Of a stretch of DNA of 43,459 nt, positions 24,201 to 33,004 are shown piece after piece. Position 1 is the stretch's first letter, and each line of letters opens with the position of its first letter. A program made the translations under genes and the position numbers. The notes beneath the pieces were generated by a model. The model was given only the letters and a program-made list of their open reading frames with translations. It searched no databases and was not told the origin of the DNA. Origin of the DNA: a virus; the IMG/VR virus record IMGVR_UViG_3300047409_000665, positions 1 to 43,459 of that record, one strand, 5' to 3'.

Positions 24201-25893
24201 CGGTTCAGGTCCAGGCACAGGACGAATTTCCCTCACATCGGCCACTAATAATTATTATTCGACGGGACTGATGCAAATCGGCGGTTTGCAAACAACCATT
24301 TACAACACTCCCGGCACGCTTGCCAATGCAGCCGCCCGCACTGGCTGGGTCCTTCAGTGGGATGGAAGCAAATCAGAGTATGTCCCGATAGTTAACGGGC
24401 AGGATGTCAGCCTCTATTCGACTAACGGCACCCTGAGCGGGAATCGACAACTCACAGGCGGCAATTTCGATATGCTTTGGACGGGCGTTAGGGACATGAG
24501 CCTGAATGCAACCACGGCGACAATTGCAGGAAGCTCAGCGTTAAATTTGAAGACTCCTTCTGTAACCAGCTCCACGGCCGGACAGGTGTTAATAGCCCAG
24601 GCAAATGGAACAGGCCAGGTTGAGTTCGGTACAGTGCCCACTCTTTACTCCGCCAATGGAACGATTTCGGGGAATCGAGGCGTCACGATCGCCGGGGGAG
24701 CCACACTTGACTTCGGCGGCACCGGGAATTTCCTCATCGACGACACTCTCAATAACGTCGATCTCCGCGCTCTGGCCACTGTCATGCTGGGCACCAAGAG
24801 TGCCGCGATCGGCAGTTTGACAAACCTGGCAATTCTCACGCCCAATGCGCTCAAGGGGGCGACGCAAATCGGACAAGTTCTAACCCTCCAGGGTCTGCCC
24901 GGAACGGTTGAATTTGCCGCCATTCCGCCGGACAAGAATATTTACAATAACGATGGCGTTCTGGCCGGAACGCGCATCGTCACGCTGAATAACCAGACAC
25001 TCACTTTTCAGGGATTTGGCAACGTGGCGTACAACACGCTTGGCACTTTTGATGTCAGCGCCATTTCGCGGGCCAAACTGCAATCCTCGGGCGAAATGGA
25101 AATTGGTGGCCAGACCGCGCTGCGAATCCGCACGCCAAAGGTGCAACAGGGCAATGGCGCTGTTGCTGTCGGTCAGGTTCTCACGCTCACCAATGTCGAT
25201 GGATCGGTCGAGTTTGCCAATGCGCCCGCGGCCTCAAGCGTGCAATACGAAGATGACCTCGTGGACACGAGCACGCCTGTTAATCCGTCGACCTTGTGGT
25301 TTGGTGTGAACAGCCTCAATCCGACCTACAGCGGTCCATCGCCTGAGCCTGCAAGCGGAACACGCTTGTCCGGCCGGCTTCGCCGGCCGAACGCTCCTGG
25401 TGGCTGGAGCAATACGGGCAGTGGCGGCGTCACCTTGAATTTCCCGGTCAATCCGGGCAGCGGTTCTGATCACACCTATGAGCGCGGTATCCTCAATCCA
25501 AACGGGAGCGAACTTTCTGCCGGCACTTTGAAAGAGGGTGTTGCCGTTGATCTGATTTTTTACCGCGAATGGAATGGAGTTGGCACGCCGGGCAAGTGGG
25601 TGATGCTCAACTCCGGTTATTCCGCGCTGACGCGGGAAGGTGGACAGATGAATCCGCGAACCGCGAGGGTGACAACCGTGACCCTTGTTGGCGTCGTGGA
25701 CACGGCGGATGAACTCGCCTTTGCACCTCTGGAGTTCAAGAAACTTTCGACCCTTGGCCGCAACACGATTGGTGACGGTCATCACGCCGACTATTACCAG
25801 GGAGCCTACGACCCCAACGCGCCTATCACTGAAGTGGTCCGCTCGAGCGTGGATCTCAATCGCATGTGGAGGATGCTCGTCAGCAAACCATAA
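21211..25893 (+). CDS. Giant repeat-rich fibre/adhesin-like protein (1560 aa) with a signal-peptide-like N-terminus
   Basis: At least 13 modules of about 80-100 aa, each starting (L/I/F)Y(N/S)(S/N)(D/N)G(T/I)L(T/S)G(N/D)R(T/I)V and ending TP.V....GQVLTL.D..G..EF. The N-terminus RLLRFLCLLLFSPLISSLSPLYA/QP looks like a Sec signal. Confidence 0.7.
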   Translation: MVQIPLGGGRGSRSEQRLLRFLCLLLFSPLISSLSPLYAQPTVKSFITVAEMVAANPFQVADPTPGGTRTATVMVQQTAAAYALTNTWSGTNTSTLIASSTPDWAWHMLPLASGPNFYNSDGTLTGPRTVDLATQPLVWRGPGAIISTNITSWMAYANGSIGLTAANDVTLTGLRLFLKTPYVGSPNARAGDALTLLNAGTGEADYRPIPSQSTLYNSDNTISSNRVVTLGGKSLTFKGPGPAAFNAVDNFSVVASQYAQISSPGNVILEAQSPGFMSIRTPGVVGGGAQLGQVLTLVGPNGVVEFQTTVGGGGTNIYNSDGILTGNRTVNTTNNFLTFKGTGTFAVSNAITDLRGSTAQFIGDTTTIAGTNQVRIQTPNIRNFSASTGQVLTLLDAATGRIEYQNPAVLPTANIYNSDGTLTGDRTVQGASKFLNFTNSSKFSAAAQTMLLSGSGTLQLVTPNVYGSTAVPGQVPTLLSTNGTIEFNTPYNLYSSNGTLASDRTVSGNGKFLAFTNLSNFDVRSPTATLAGTNLLKLITPGVSAASVSTGQVLTLDNVSGQAEFRTLPVTSSVNLYNSDGTITGTSGSGGVRSIHLGTNRIVIQDATGTFETFGVGKVVLSAKTNVLYATEEAQLGAGQRLKMFTPRGNTAAPGQVLTLLDQNLALTDYYPAHNLYSSNGILAGNRIVDGNFRDLSLTNLNVFDLRGRTSVISGNLELDVRTPNVTAGSATTNQFLKLMDATSGRSEFSTISFPADTSIYNNSGSIGTAVYRTVDLNQYAAVVFRGAAAQQGLLQGFQLGQVDFAAETNGIYGAKEMNISGSIKLRMKTPRVLNSLVTDGMVLTAVGTDGSTDYYNPTNFYFQNGALSSSRTVNGNGFSLNLINGLNTFYVDSTNMYLWARKDMRMVTPRFLGEPGGPVVNGWVLTMLDTGTGKVDFAPLPSGTSSGDYSSIYANDGNISTNVGASLTRNVNLPGIRLLFNGSQSPGSAFDVNVLNGSGPGTGRISLTSATNNYYSTGLMQIGGLQTTIYNTPGTLANAAARTGWVLQWDGSKSEYVPIVNGQDVSLYSTNGTLSGNRQLTGGNFDMLWTGVRDMSLNATTATIAGSSALNLKTPSVTSSTAGQVLIAQANGTGQVEFGTVPTLYSANGTISGNRGVTIAGGATLDFGGTGNFLIDDTLNNVDLRALATVMLGTKSAAIGSLTNLAILTPNALKGATQIGQVLTLQGLPGTVEFAAIPPDKNIYNNDGVLAGTRIVTLNNQTLTFQGFGNVAYNTLGTFDVSAISRAKLQSSGEMEIGGQTALRIRTPKVQQGNGAVAVGQVLTLTNVDGSVEFANAPAASSVQYEDDLVDTSTPVNPSTLWFGVNSLNPTYSGPSPEPASGTRLSGRLRRPNAPGGWSNTGSGGVTLNFPVNPGSGSDHTYERGILNPNGSELSAGTLKEGVAVDLIFYREWNGVGTPGKWVMLNSGYSALTREGGQMNPRTARVTTVTLVGVVDTADELAFAPLEFKKLSTLGRNTIGDGHHADYYQGAYDPNAPITEVVRSSVDLNRMWRMLVSKP

Positions 25894-25913
25894 GCACGAT
25901 TTCCGGCGAACAA

Positions 25914-26327
25914 ATGACAAAGGAACCTCCAGTGGACAGCAAACGCCACGGCTTTAATCTCACATCTTTGGACGTGGTGCGTTGCATCGGTTGTCCCCCG
26001 ATCTGCTGGCCAATGTCGTTCGCCGGATTTCTTTTTTTGGGAATGCTGAGCGCCCTGGCAGCGGAGCGATTTGAGGCAAAGGTGATAGTTCCGCCCGATG
26101 TCACGCTTACCGTCACAAACACTCCCTTGCCGGTGCCACTGCTTGTTATCGTCCCGACGAACCTCACGGTCCAGGTTATCAGGGTCCCATCCAAGCCGGC
26201 GCATGGGTGCGATATCCCCATCACCTACGTCACCTCGAACTCGATCTCTGAAGGCGGAAGAATAACCGTAACGATGGGCAAGGTGTTTCGACGCACCGTG
26301 GCCGTCAAAACAAGGAGGACAAAATGA
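25914..26327 (+). CDS. Small secreted or membrane-anchored beta-rich protein
   Basis: Hydrophobic MSFAGFLFLGMLSALAA segment followed by VIVPPDVTLTVTNTPLPVP. An alternative start is ATG 26013. Confidence 0.45.
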   Translation: MTKEPPVDSKRHGFNLTSLDVVRCIGCPPICWPMSFAGFLFLGMLSALAAERFEAKVIVPPDVTLTVTNTPLPVPLLVIVPTNLTVQVIRVPSKPAHGCDIPITYVTSNSISEGGRITVTMGKVFRRTVAVKTRRTK

Positions 26328-26545
26328 ACCTGATACTCGCGGCGTCAAACCTCAGTGAAAGCAACATCACCAATGCCATCATATGGGTATGCGTAATGGG
26401 GCTGGTCATCTGGCTTCTCTACTGGCTGATCGGCAAGCTGGCCATCCCGGAGCCATTCAGCAAGATCGCCTATGCGGTTCTTGCAATCGTGTCGGTGGTT
26501 CTTTGCATCAAGATCCTGTTCAAATTCGTGGGCAATCCATTCTAA
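26324..26545 (+). CDS. Two-TM small membrane protein (holin-like candidate)
   Basis: 73 aa with TM1 AIIWVCVMGLVIWLLYWLIG and TM2 IAYAVLAIVSVVLCIKILF; ATGA overlap. Confidence 0.45.
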   Translation: MNLILAASNLSESNITNAIIWVCVMGLVIWLLYWLIGKLAIPEPFSKIAYAVLAIVSVVLCIKILFKFVGNPF

Positions 26546-26549
26546 TCTT

Positions 26550-27188
26550 ATGACAGTAGGTTCCAAGACCAAGACTGAGTCCGCGCCTGCGGGTCCCGTT
26601 CGGGCTCCGCGCCCGCTCCGGCGGTTGTGCAATCGGCAAGGCATCAATGTTGATTGGCCGGAGCCGCCCGTCGAATTTCCAATCACTGAAGGAAACTGGG
26701 ACCCGGAATTTCCTGTACTCATGTTTCCGTGGGGCGGCGGGCAGCCACTCATCTATTCAATTGAGGATCAGTATACCTATTTCTCGAAGGCGCCGCCCAA
26801 ATGGTGGGTCTATCCGAACACACAGACGCATCTGTTCGGCGAGGAATACCGGCTGGGCATGGGTGCCATTAAATTCGGCCTCGCGTTCCTCTATAATCTG
26901 AGCGGCGGAGGTCCATCAGGTAACGGCATCCAGATCGATGCCGCGACATGGCTGATCAATGACATCTACCGGCCAGATCTCGATGCCAACCAGCGAAGCT
27001 ATGAAATGGTCAACCTTCCGGCGCAGCCCGAAGGCGTTGGAATCGTGCGCCCGGTGCAAGTCAGTGACGCGGAGAACTTCAACCGTTACCTGGAAAGCTT
27101 CAAGGACTCTGGCTTTATCGGCGGACTTTTGCGGCCATTGGATCACATGTATGGCGAGGACCAGTTCGCGGTGATTTCCAAGATATAA
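26550..27188 (+). CDS. Hypothetical protein (212 aa)
   Basis: Internal ATG 26550 of ORF 26472..27188, 4 nt after the previous stop; no motif recognised. Confidence 0.5.
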   Translation: MTVGSKTKTESAPAGPVRAPRPLRRLCNRQGINVDWPEPPVEFPITEGNWDPEFPVLMFPWGGGQPLIYSIEDQYTYFSKAPPKWWVYPNTQTHLFGEEYRLGMGAIKFGLAFLYNLSGGGPSGNGIQIDAATWLINDIYRPDLDANQRSYEMVNLPAQPEGVGIVRPVQVSDAENFNRYLESFKDSGFIGGLLRPLDHMYGEDQFAVISKI

Positions 27189-27192
27189 AGCT

Positions 27193-27612
27193 ATGAGCAC
27201 CACGCCAATCAGTTATCGGTGGAACATCTGGTCGCCCGGTGCGGAATGCACCGTCGTCGAGTATGGCGGCCCAACCGGACAGCGCACCCTTCAGGGGCAG
27301 GAAAAGGAAGAAGCCCTTAAGATCATCCAGGAGGACATCGATGCCGTTGACAACGGCGCCAGATATTCCGTGTCCGTGATCAACGAGGATGAGCGATGGT
27401 ATTGGTGGACGATCCAACCCTCCGGCCGGTCGAGGTGGGAGGTGAAGCTCGATGAGGAAGGTGATCCTCTGCCTAATCCTTGTGAACGCCAGGTGCCGCC
27501 CGACCCGAGAAACGTCTCGGTCAGCCTGGCCAACTGCTCCCTCTCGTTGCGGTACCAGGGCCAGCAGGTAACGATGACATTGAAAGGCACGGCAATTTCG
27601 CCGACCCAGTGA
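27193..27612 (+). CDS. Hypothetical protein
   Basis: 139-aa ORF. Confidence 0.5.
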   Translation: MSTTPISYRWNIWSPGAECTVVEYGGPTGQRTLQGQEKEEALKIIQEDIDAVDNGARYSVSVINEDERWYWWTIQPSGRSRWEVKLDEEGDPLPNPCERQVPPDPRNVSVSLANCSLSLRYQGQQVTMTLKGTAISPTQ

Positions 27613-27851
27613 GATGGATCATTCCATTGCTATTGATCCTGATCCTTATGACCGGCTGTATTCATCGCCGCTATCAGTCTGACCGCTCTTTGAAGATGCT
27701 CCACATCTTCGGCATCGGCTGGGTGATGGAGCGGTGTGGCACCAACGCGACGCGTGTCTTTGGGATCGGCTCCATCGATGCCACCATGATGCGTGCGCTC
27801 GTCGAGACCAATGCCCCCAGCTCCATTGAACCAATGAAGAGTGATAAATGA
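27609..27851 (+). CDS. Lipoprotein (lipobox LMTGC); spanin-like or exclusion candidate
   Basis: MRWIIPLLLILILMTGC signal plus lipobox; GTG start in a GTGA overlap. Confidence 0.55.
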   Translation: MRWIIPLLLILILMTGCIHRRYQSDRSLKMLHIFGIGWVMERCGTNATRVFGIGSIDATMMRALVETNAPSSIEPMKSDK

Positions 27852-27872
27852 TGGTGAGTGATGAGTGACTAG
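27852..27872. repeat. Heptamer array TGGTGAG TGATGAG TGACTAG
   Basis: Shares the 12-mer GTGATGAGTGAC (27858-27869) with 13430-13441. It lies between stop 27851 and ATG 27878. Confidence 0.8.
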
Positions 27873-27877
27873 CGATC

Positions 27878-30355
27878 ATGCGACAGCGTTCCTACGGACC
27901 CAGAGATGACACGCCGCTCGATACGGGCGACGTGGCCTGGAGCGGTGTCTACCTGAACGCGGAACCCTCCCAGCTCAATGCCGGCTTATTGGCCGACGGC
28001 ATCAACCTGCGCTGCCGGACAGGCCGGCCCGTGACTCGCCGCGGCCTCTGGAAACCGGCGTGGCTGAACAGGCTCGACGGCGAGCGCGTCTTGCCCTGGC
28101 ACACAGTCAACGGCCAGCCGCAGCCTTTCCGCGATCCGAACGGCGTCGAATGGTTGATTCTCGCGGCCGATGAGGGGGTTTTCGCCTTGCGGCCGTACAA
28201 CACCCCGCTTGGCATCCCGCTGCCGGCTGGCGTGAAGATCCAGACCGAGGTCAGCTTCGTGCAGGCTTTTAACCAAATGTTCATGTTGCGGGGTGAACTG
28301 ATGGCTCCGCTGGTGCTCGAGACGATCGACGGCGGATTCAAGGACATGGTGGAACGGTGGGATCCGACCAAGGCTTATGAGAAGGGGAATTTAGTAGCTT
28401 CGGGTCCGTGGATCGGCGGCGATGTCGTAGCCACCGGCGCGACCCTTCGCGTGACGACCTCCCAACAGCATGAGCTGATAACAGGTTCGGATGTCCAGAT
28501 TCGCAAGACCTCGGGAGGCAAGCAGGATGGGCGTTACACGGTCACGGTTATTGATGAGTACGCCTTCGAGTTTGCGGCGGCGGATGTCAGCACCGTGAGC
28601 GCGACCCTGGAATGGTCCACCAACTGGCATTACTGGATCACCGCTACCGGTTCGACAGCCGGCCAGCGGCCCGGTGATGGTGATACGGTGCCAGGCGATG
28701 ATCCCGATGGTACGGGTGGTGAGCCGGCGCCCGATGTCCCGGTGTGGACGCGCGAATACTTGATCCTGCCCAACTGTACTAATGGGATCTTCATCAACAA
28801 CCGGCTCCTGGTCACAACCTCCTGGATTCCTGACGCGCAATTCAAGGCCGGAGCGTATGGAGCAAAGCGAGATTTTGTTGCCGCGACCTACGTCCTCGAT
28901 TACTACCGCTATTCGCCCAAGAACGAGTTTCGGATCAACCAGGGCAGTGCGGATGAGCTTCAGTCGTTGCTCAAGATCGGTGACACATCGGTGTTAGCCC
29001 TGAAGTCGCAGTCCGTCGGATTGCTCACCAACCTGACCGGGGACACGCTTGATTTTCTCAGCCTCGAATTCATCATCCGCACCTATGGCGTAGTCAATCC
29101 GCGGGCCGCGACCGAGGCCGGGCGCGACGCAGTCTTTGTCTCGCCGCGGCGAGGGGTGGTCAGCCTGCAACAGACCGAGCAGAACCGGATCCAGGGAGTG
29201 GAACGGGCCTTTTCGGATCCAATTCAACCCTGGATCAACGAGATCGACTGGACCCTCTCGGATAAGATCCGGCTGGCCTATTGGAATGATGCCCTCTACC
29301 TGGCAGCGCCGGTAACCTCTTCCGAGAGCTTTTCCTTAAACTGGCTTGAAGGGGTGTCATACATCGATGTGATCGATTTCAGCCAGGACCCCTTTGTTCG
29401 AACCGGGATGACCTTTCGATGGGATCCATCCCCTGATGATAGCGAGTGGTTTTTGGCTAATGCCCAGGTCTATAAGGCTTCCGTTCAAGTAACGTGGGAC
29501 GGAACGAGCGTACTTGGGATTCATCGGCATGGGGTCGATTCCCAGCCGAACCCTGCCAAGAGCGTCCTGCGCCGTGTTATCCCTGACGTGAACACAGCCG
29601 TGATCGTGTACGATTACCAGACCCAGCAATGGCAACCGATCCAGCGTGGGATCGACCTGGCGGTGCGGGAATGGTTCGTGATGACTGTCGATGGGATCGA
29701 GCGGCTTTGTTGCGTGACCGAGGATGGCTATCTCAACCTTTATGAAGAATCAGACGCCGGTGACCAGGTGTTCAATTCCTTTGCCCCCAACTTCCTCGGA
29801 TTTGCGCCAATCGCCACCCGTGCAGCGACTCGAGGCTACACCGGCGGCACTGCTGGTTTCAAAGCTGGCCAATTCGCGCGCATGGTCATTGCCACTCAAG
29901 CCCCACGTTACACGGTGCGTACGCGAACCGAGGGAGTGAATGAATTCTCGAGCCTCGCGACGGATCGTTTCCGGGATTTCCGGACGTATGACCGGCCTGC
30001 GGGAGTGAAACGATGGGTGCCGGACAATTCCAACGCCGATTTCTTCACGCCTTTTCGGCAGGATTATAGCCTCTATTTGCTCACGACGGAGACCCCGCTG
30101 GACCTCTCGACGGGTGAATCGCTCGATCTGTCGACCGGCTTTGCCCTGGATCTGTCGCCACAACCCTTGCAGTTGAACCTCGACAATGGGTTGCCCGTGG
30201 ACCTCACCCAGGAAGCCAATCACTCGTTGCGAATGGTGCGGCAGCGCGGCCGCTGGCATCAGGCGATCGTGGAAAACGCCGAAGGGATTCTCGAGCTGCG
30301 GGCGGTCGAGCTCGAATTGCAGGAAACTTCACGACAAGTAGGAATCAAGGTCTAG
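27878..30355 (+). CDS. Large tail structural protein (825 aa; nozzle/tubular-like candidate)
   Basis: Size and position upstream of the tail-fibre gene; no specific motif. Confidence 0.45.
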   Translation: MRQRSYGPRDDTPLDTGDVAWSGVYLNAEPSQLNAGLLADGINLRCRTGRPVTRRGLWKPAWLNRLDGERVLPWHTVNGQPQPFRDPNGVEWLILAADEGVFALRPYNTPLGIPLPAGVKIQTEVSFVQAFNQMFMLRGELMAPLVLETIDGGFKDMVERWDPTKAYEKGNLVASGPWIGGDVVATGATLRVTTSQQHELITGSDVQIRKTSGGKQDGRYTVTVIDEYAFEFAAADVSTVSATLEWSTNWHYWITATGSTAGQRPGDGDTVPGDDPDGTGGEPAPDVPVWTREYLILPNCTNGIFINNRLLVTTSWIPDAQFKAGAYGAKRDFVAATYVLDYYRYSPKNEFRINQGSADELQSLLKIGDTSVLALKSQSVGLLTNLTGDTLDFLSLEFIIRTYGVVNPRAATEAGRDAVFVSPRRGVVSLQQTEQNRIQGVERAFSDPIQPWINEIDWTLSDKIRLAYWNDALYLAAPVTSSESFSLNWLEGVSYIDVIDFSQDPFVRTGMTFRWDPSPDDSEWFLANAQVYKASVQVTWDGTSVLGIHRHGVDSQPNPAKSVLRRVIPDVNTAVIVYDYQTQQWQPIQRGIDLAVREWFVMTVDGIERLCCVTEDGYLNLYEESDAGDQVFNSFAPNFLGFAPIATRAATRGYTGGTAGFKAGQFARMVIATQAPRYTVRTRTEGVNEFSSLATDRFRDFRTYDRPAGVKRWVPDNSNADFFTPFRQDYSLYLLTTETPLDLSTGESLDLSTGFALDLSPQPLQLNLDNGLPVDLTQEANHSLRMVRQRGRWHQAIVENAEGILELRAVELELQETSRQVGIKV

Positions 30356-30357
30356 CC

Positions 30358-31656
30358 ATGCCATTAAGTTTGCGAGTTATTCCCGGTTACCAGTTTGGTG
30401 ACGACGAACGGCTCACGCAGGTCAAACTCAACCAGCTTGGCCGGCCGACGATTGAACTTCAGGGTGCCCTGGCATCGAGCGCGATCGCGCCAGGCAGTAT
30501 CACCAGTGACAAATTGAGCCCAGCCTTGATCACGGGGCTCTCGGATGGGGATCCCGATAAGGGTGACCTGGTGATGTTCCACGATTTCTTTTCCAATGGC
30601 CTGCGCAAGACAACGATCGACAAGATCCTGGCGCTGAGTACTCCGAGCCTGACGCAGATCACCACCGTCGCCTTGACTGATATGGCTTGGATCATTCAGG
30701 CAGGCAATAATTACAAGGCGACCATTTCGGATACACTTCGCGACGCGATCAACGGTCAAACGGAGTTGCTCACCCCGGATGAGATCGACAAGGCCAACGA
30801 CACGCTTCTCTTGTGGGATGCCTCAGCCCCCGCTGGTAGCGATCGCAATCGCAAGGCGAAAGTCGGCGTGACGGTCAAGACAGTCACTAACACCTTGATT
30901 GCGGATGCCCCGGCTTTCAACGGCACCCTCGATCGGGGCAATGACGAGCTTTTACTCAGGGATGCAAGCCTGACGGCAGGCACGCAACAGGTCCGGGTGA
31001 AGCTTCAGGATCTACTGGCCCAGGCGGGCGGAATCAAGGCGTGGGCCCGAATCAATGCGAATCTCAGCCGCACCTTTGTAGACTGCACTTGGGTTGCCAC
31101 CCAGGACATCCTCACTACAGCGACCCCGCATAATCTCGCCGCCGGCGATTTCATTTGGTTTAACGACACCTACAATCAGGCGCCCCAGGTTGCCGCTTTC
31201 ACTGCTTATTACGTCTTTCCCATTAACTCAACGACGTTTCAGTTGTACTCAACCAGGGCCGCTGCCCTTGCCCAGAGCCCTGCGCAGCGGATCGATATCC
31301 CTGTTGATACCTCGGCGAAGAAGTACACCCGGTGGTCCACCAATCCGATTGTTGCCGGTTCAAATATCTCGGCGGTCATCACGACACGAAGCACTCCCGG
31401 TGACATCGGTTATTATCGGGTCTTCTTTGAACTGCCGTTGCTCAGTTCCCTTTACGCAATTCAAATCACGGCAAGTTACTATGAAGGGGATCACGACCAG
31501 CAGGGCCTCGGCGCCTCCGTCAACATCGCCGGATCGAATGCCTCGCCTTCGGCGACATCCAATCCCACTTCAGCACTATTCGATCTGCTCGTTCGCAACA
31601 TCTCCGGCAACGATCCGGCCGCTCCAGATATTTTGTCGGTCACCGTTTTTCAATGA
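30358..31656 (+). CDS. Tail fibre protein (candidate)
   Basis: The N-terminus MPLSLRVIPGYQFGDDERLTQVKLNQLGRPTIELQGALASSAIAPGSITSDKL resembles phage fibre N-termini. Confidence 0.5.
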   Translation: MPLSLRVIPGYQFGDDERLTQVKLNQLGRPTIELQGALASSAIAPGSITSDKLSPALITGLSDGDPDKGDLVMFHDFFSNGLRKTTIDKILALSTPSLTQITTVALTDMAWIIQAGNNYKATISDTLRDAINGQTELLTPDEIDKANDTLLLWDASAPAGSDRNRKAKVGVTVKTVTNTLIADAPAFNGTLDRGNDELLLRDASLTAGTQQVRVKLQDLLAQAGGIKAWARINANLSRTFVDCTWVATQDILTTATPHNLAAGDFIWFNDTYNQAPQVAAFTAYYVFPINSTTFQLYSTRAAALAQSPAQRIDIPVDTSAKKYTRWSTNPIVAGSNISAVITTRSTPGDIGYYRVFFELPLLSSLYAIQITASYYEGDHDQQGLGASVNIAGSNASPSATSNPTSALFDLLVRNISGNDPAAPDILSVTVFQ

Positions 31657-32174
31657 GCAATCAGGCGCAACGCAACGATGACGCGAAGGCCGTGAGTGAC
31701 GCCATCTCACTTGCCTGTGGAGACAATGCGGCGGCCTCGGCTTACCTGACGATGATCGCGCAGGTCGCCCGGATGATAGACGACCTCGAGGACGGCGACA
31801 CGGGCCCGGTCGATATCGGTTACCTCGCTCACCTGGTCCTGGTTGCCCTGCCTCGCAATCCGTTCTTTGCGCAGCACGCAGCCTACCTTGTGCCGTTGCA
31901 CGATGCTGCCATCAACGCATGGCAGGATGCCAATCAGATGGATCCGGATGGCCACTTGCCGGCAGTCCGAATCTGGTCCGATCAGATCAACGAAATCGCC
32001 TGCGTGGTCGCAGGCCTCGCCGGTGGTTATCACCATCGCCGCAATGTAAGCCCCCGCATTCGAATGCTTCTTCATCCGGATTGGGACGATGCCTCGGCCG
32101 ATAGCGAGCCGGAGAAGAATGGCAGGGCGGCAGAGACTCCAACTCATCACTCATCACTCATCACTCATCACTAA
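31653..32174 (+). CDS. Small helical protein with IDDLED (DDxxD) motif, paralog A
   Basis: Aligns with 33705..34136 (IDDxxD, NPFF/HPFW, GGYxHxRxxSPxIR); ATGA overlap with the fibre gene. Confidence 0.55.
   Translation: MSNQAQRNDDAKAVSDAISLACGDNAAASAYLTMIAQVARMIDDLEDGDTGPVDIGYLAHLVLVALPRNPFFAQHAAYLVPLHDAAINAWQDANQMDPDGHLPAVRIWSDQINEIACVVAGLAGGYHHRRNVSPRIRMLLHPDWDDASADSEPEKNGRAAETPTHHSSLITHH
32143..32170. repeat. Heptamer array (CTCATCA)x4, the reverse complement of TGATGAG
   Basis: Four perfect copies at 32143-49, 50-56, 57-63 and 64-70. They encode the THHSSLITHH tail of the 31653 gene and end 6 nt before ATG 32177. Confidence 0.9.
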
Positions 32175-32176
32175 TT

Positions 32177-33001
32177 ATGGGCCTCTACGCACCCGATGTT
32201 GGATCTCGCGATCTCGGCCAGGAGACACGCGATACCCTTCAGGCAGAAATTGACCTGGCGCCGCAACGTTACGCTGCCGAGGCGCAATACGGGCCGCAAT
32301 ACACGCAGTTGGGCCTGCAATCGCTGCAGGACACCCTTCTCGGTACCGGTGGCAACCGCGGACTCCTCGACATTTACTCCACCGATATCGCGCCGCGAAT
32401 GGGCGATCTCGAGCGCCAATCCCAGGCAGCGCAGCGTGCGGCGGATATCGCCGCGGTTGAACAGTTCGGTCCGCGAGCCACGGAAGCGATGCGTGCGGTC
32501 AACCCGCAGCAGACCGCGCTGCTCGATGCGATCACCCAGCAATCCCTAGGAGATATTCAGTCAGGCTATAACTTGCCTGCAGGCCTGCGGAACACTGTCA
32601 ATCAGGCCACCAGGGCGGGACAAGCGGCTCGTGGTCTCGGCTTTGGCCCATCCGATGCCTACGCTGAAACCCTGGCTCAAAGCGATGTAGCCAACCAATG
32701 GCGCGGTCAGAACCTCGATCGCGGCATGCGCGTCGCCGCCACCAATGCAGCGACCCAGACCGATCCCTTTCTGGCGATCCTCGGCCGCCCGGCGAGCAGC
32801 CCTGCGGCAGCCCAGGGACTGTTGGGATCGCTTCAAGGTCAGAGTGGCCAGGCCGCTGGCCGGGTCGCCAATCAGTTCGATCCCTTCAGTGGCTACGCGC
32901 AGGATTTGTACAACACAAACTACAACGCCCAGGCCGCGAGCAAGATCGGCGGCGCCAATGCCCTGGCCGGGATTGCCTCGTCGGCAGTGGGCTCCCTTTG
33001 A
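32177..33001 (+). CDS. Internal virion / ejection-type protein (Gln/Ala/Gly-rich)
   Basis: Composition and position; 274 aa. Confidence 0.4.
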   Translation: MGLYAPDVGSRDLGQETRDTLQAEIDLAPQRYAAEAQYGPQYTQLGLQSLQDTLLGTGGNRGLLDIYSTDIAPRMGDLERQSQAAQRAADIAAVEQFGPRATEAMRAVNPQQTALLDAITQQSLGDIQSGYNLPAGLRNTVNQATRAGQAARGLGFGPSDAYAETLAQSDVANQWRGQNLDRGMRVAATNAATQTDPFLAILGRPASSPAAAQGLLGSLQGQSGQAAGRVANQFDPFSGYAQDLYNTNYNAQAASKIGGANALAGIASSAVGSL

Positions 33002-33004
33002 TTT

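Noticed and set aside
21211-25893. A diversity-generating retroelement targeting the fibre
   Set aside because: No reverse transcriptase gene and no template/variable repeat pair with adenine-specific differences could be found anywhere in the genome.
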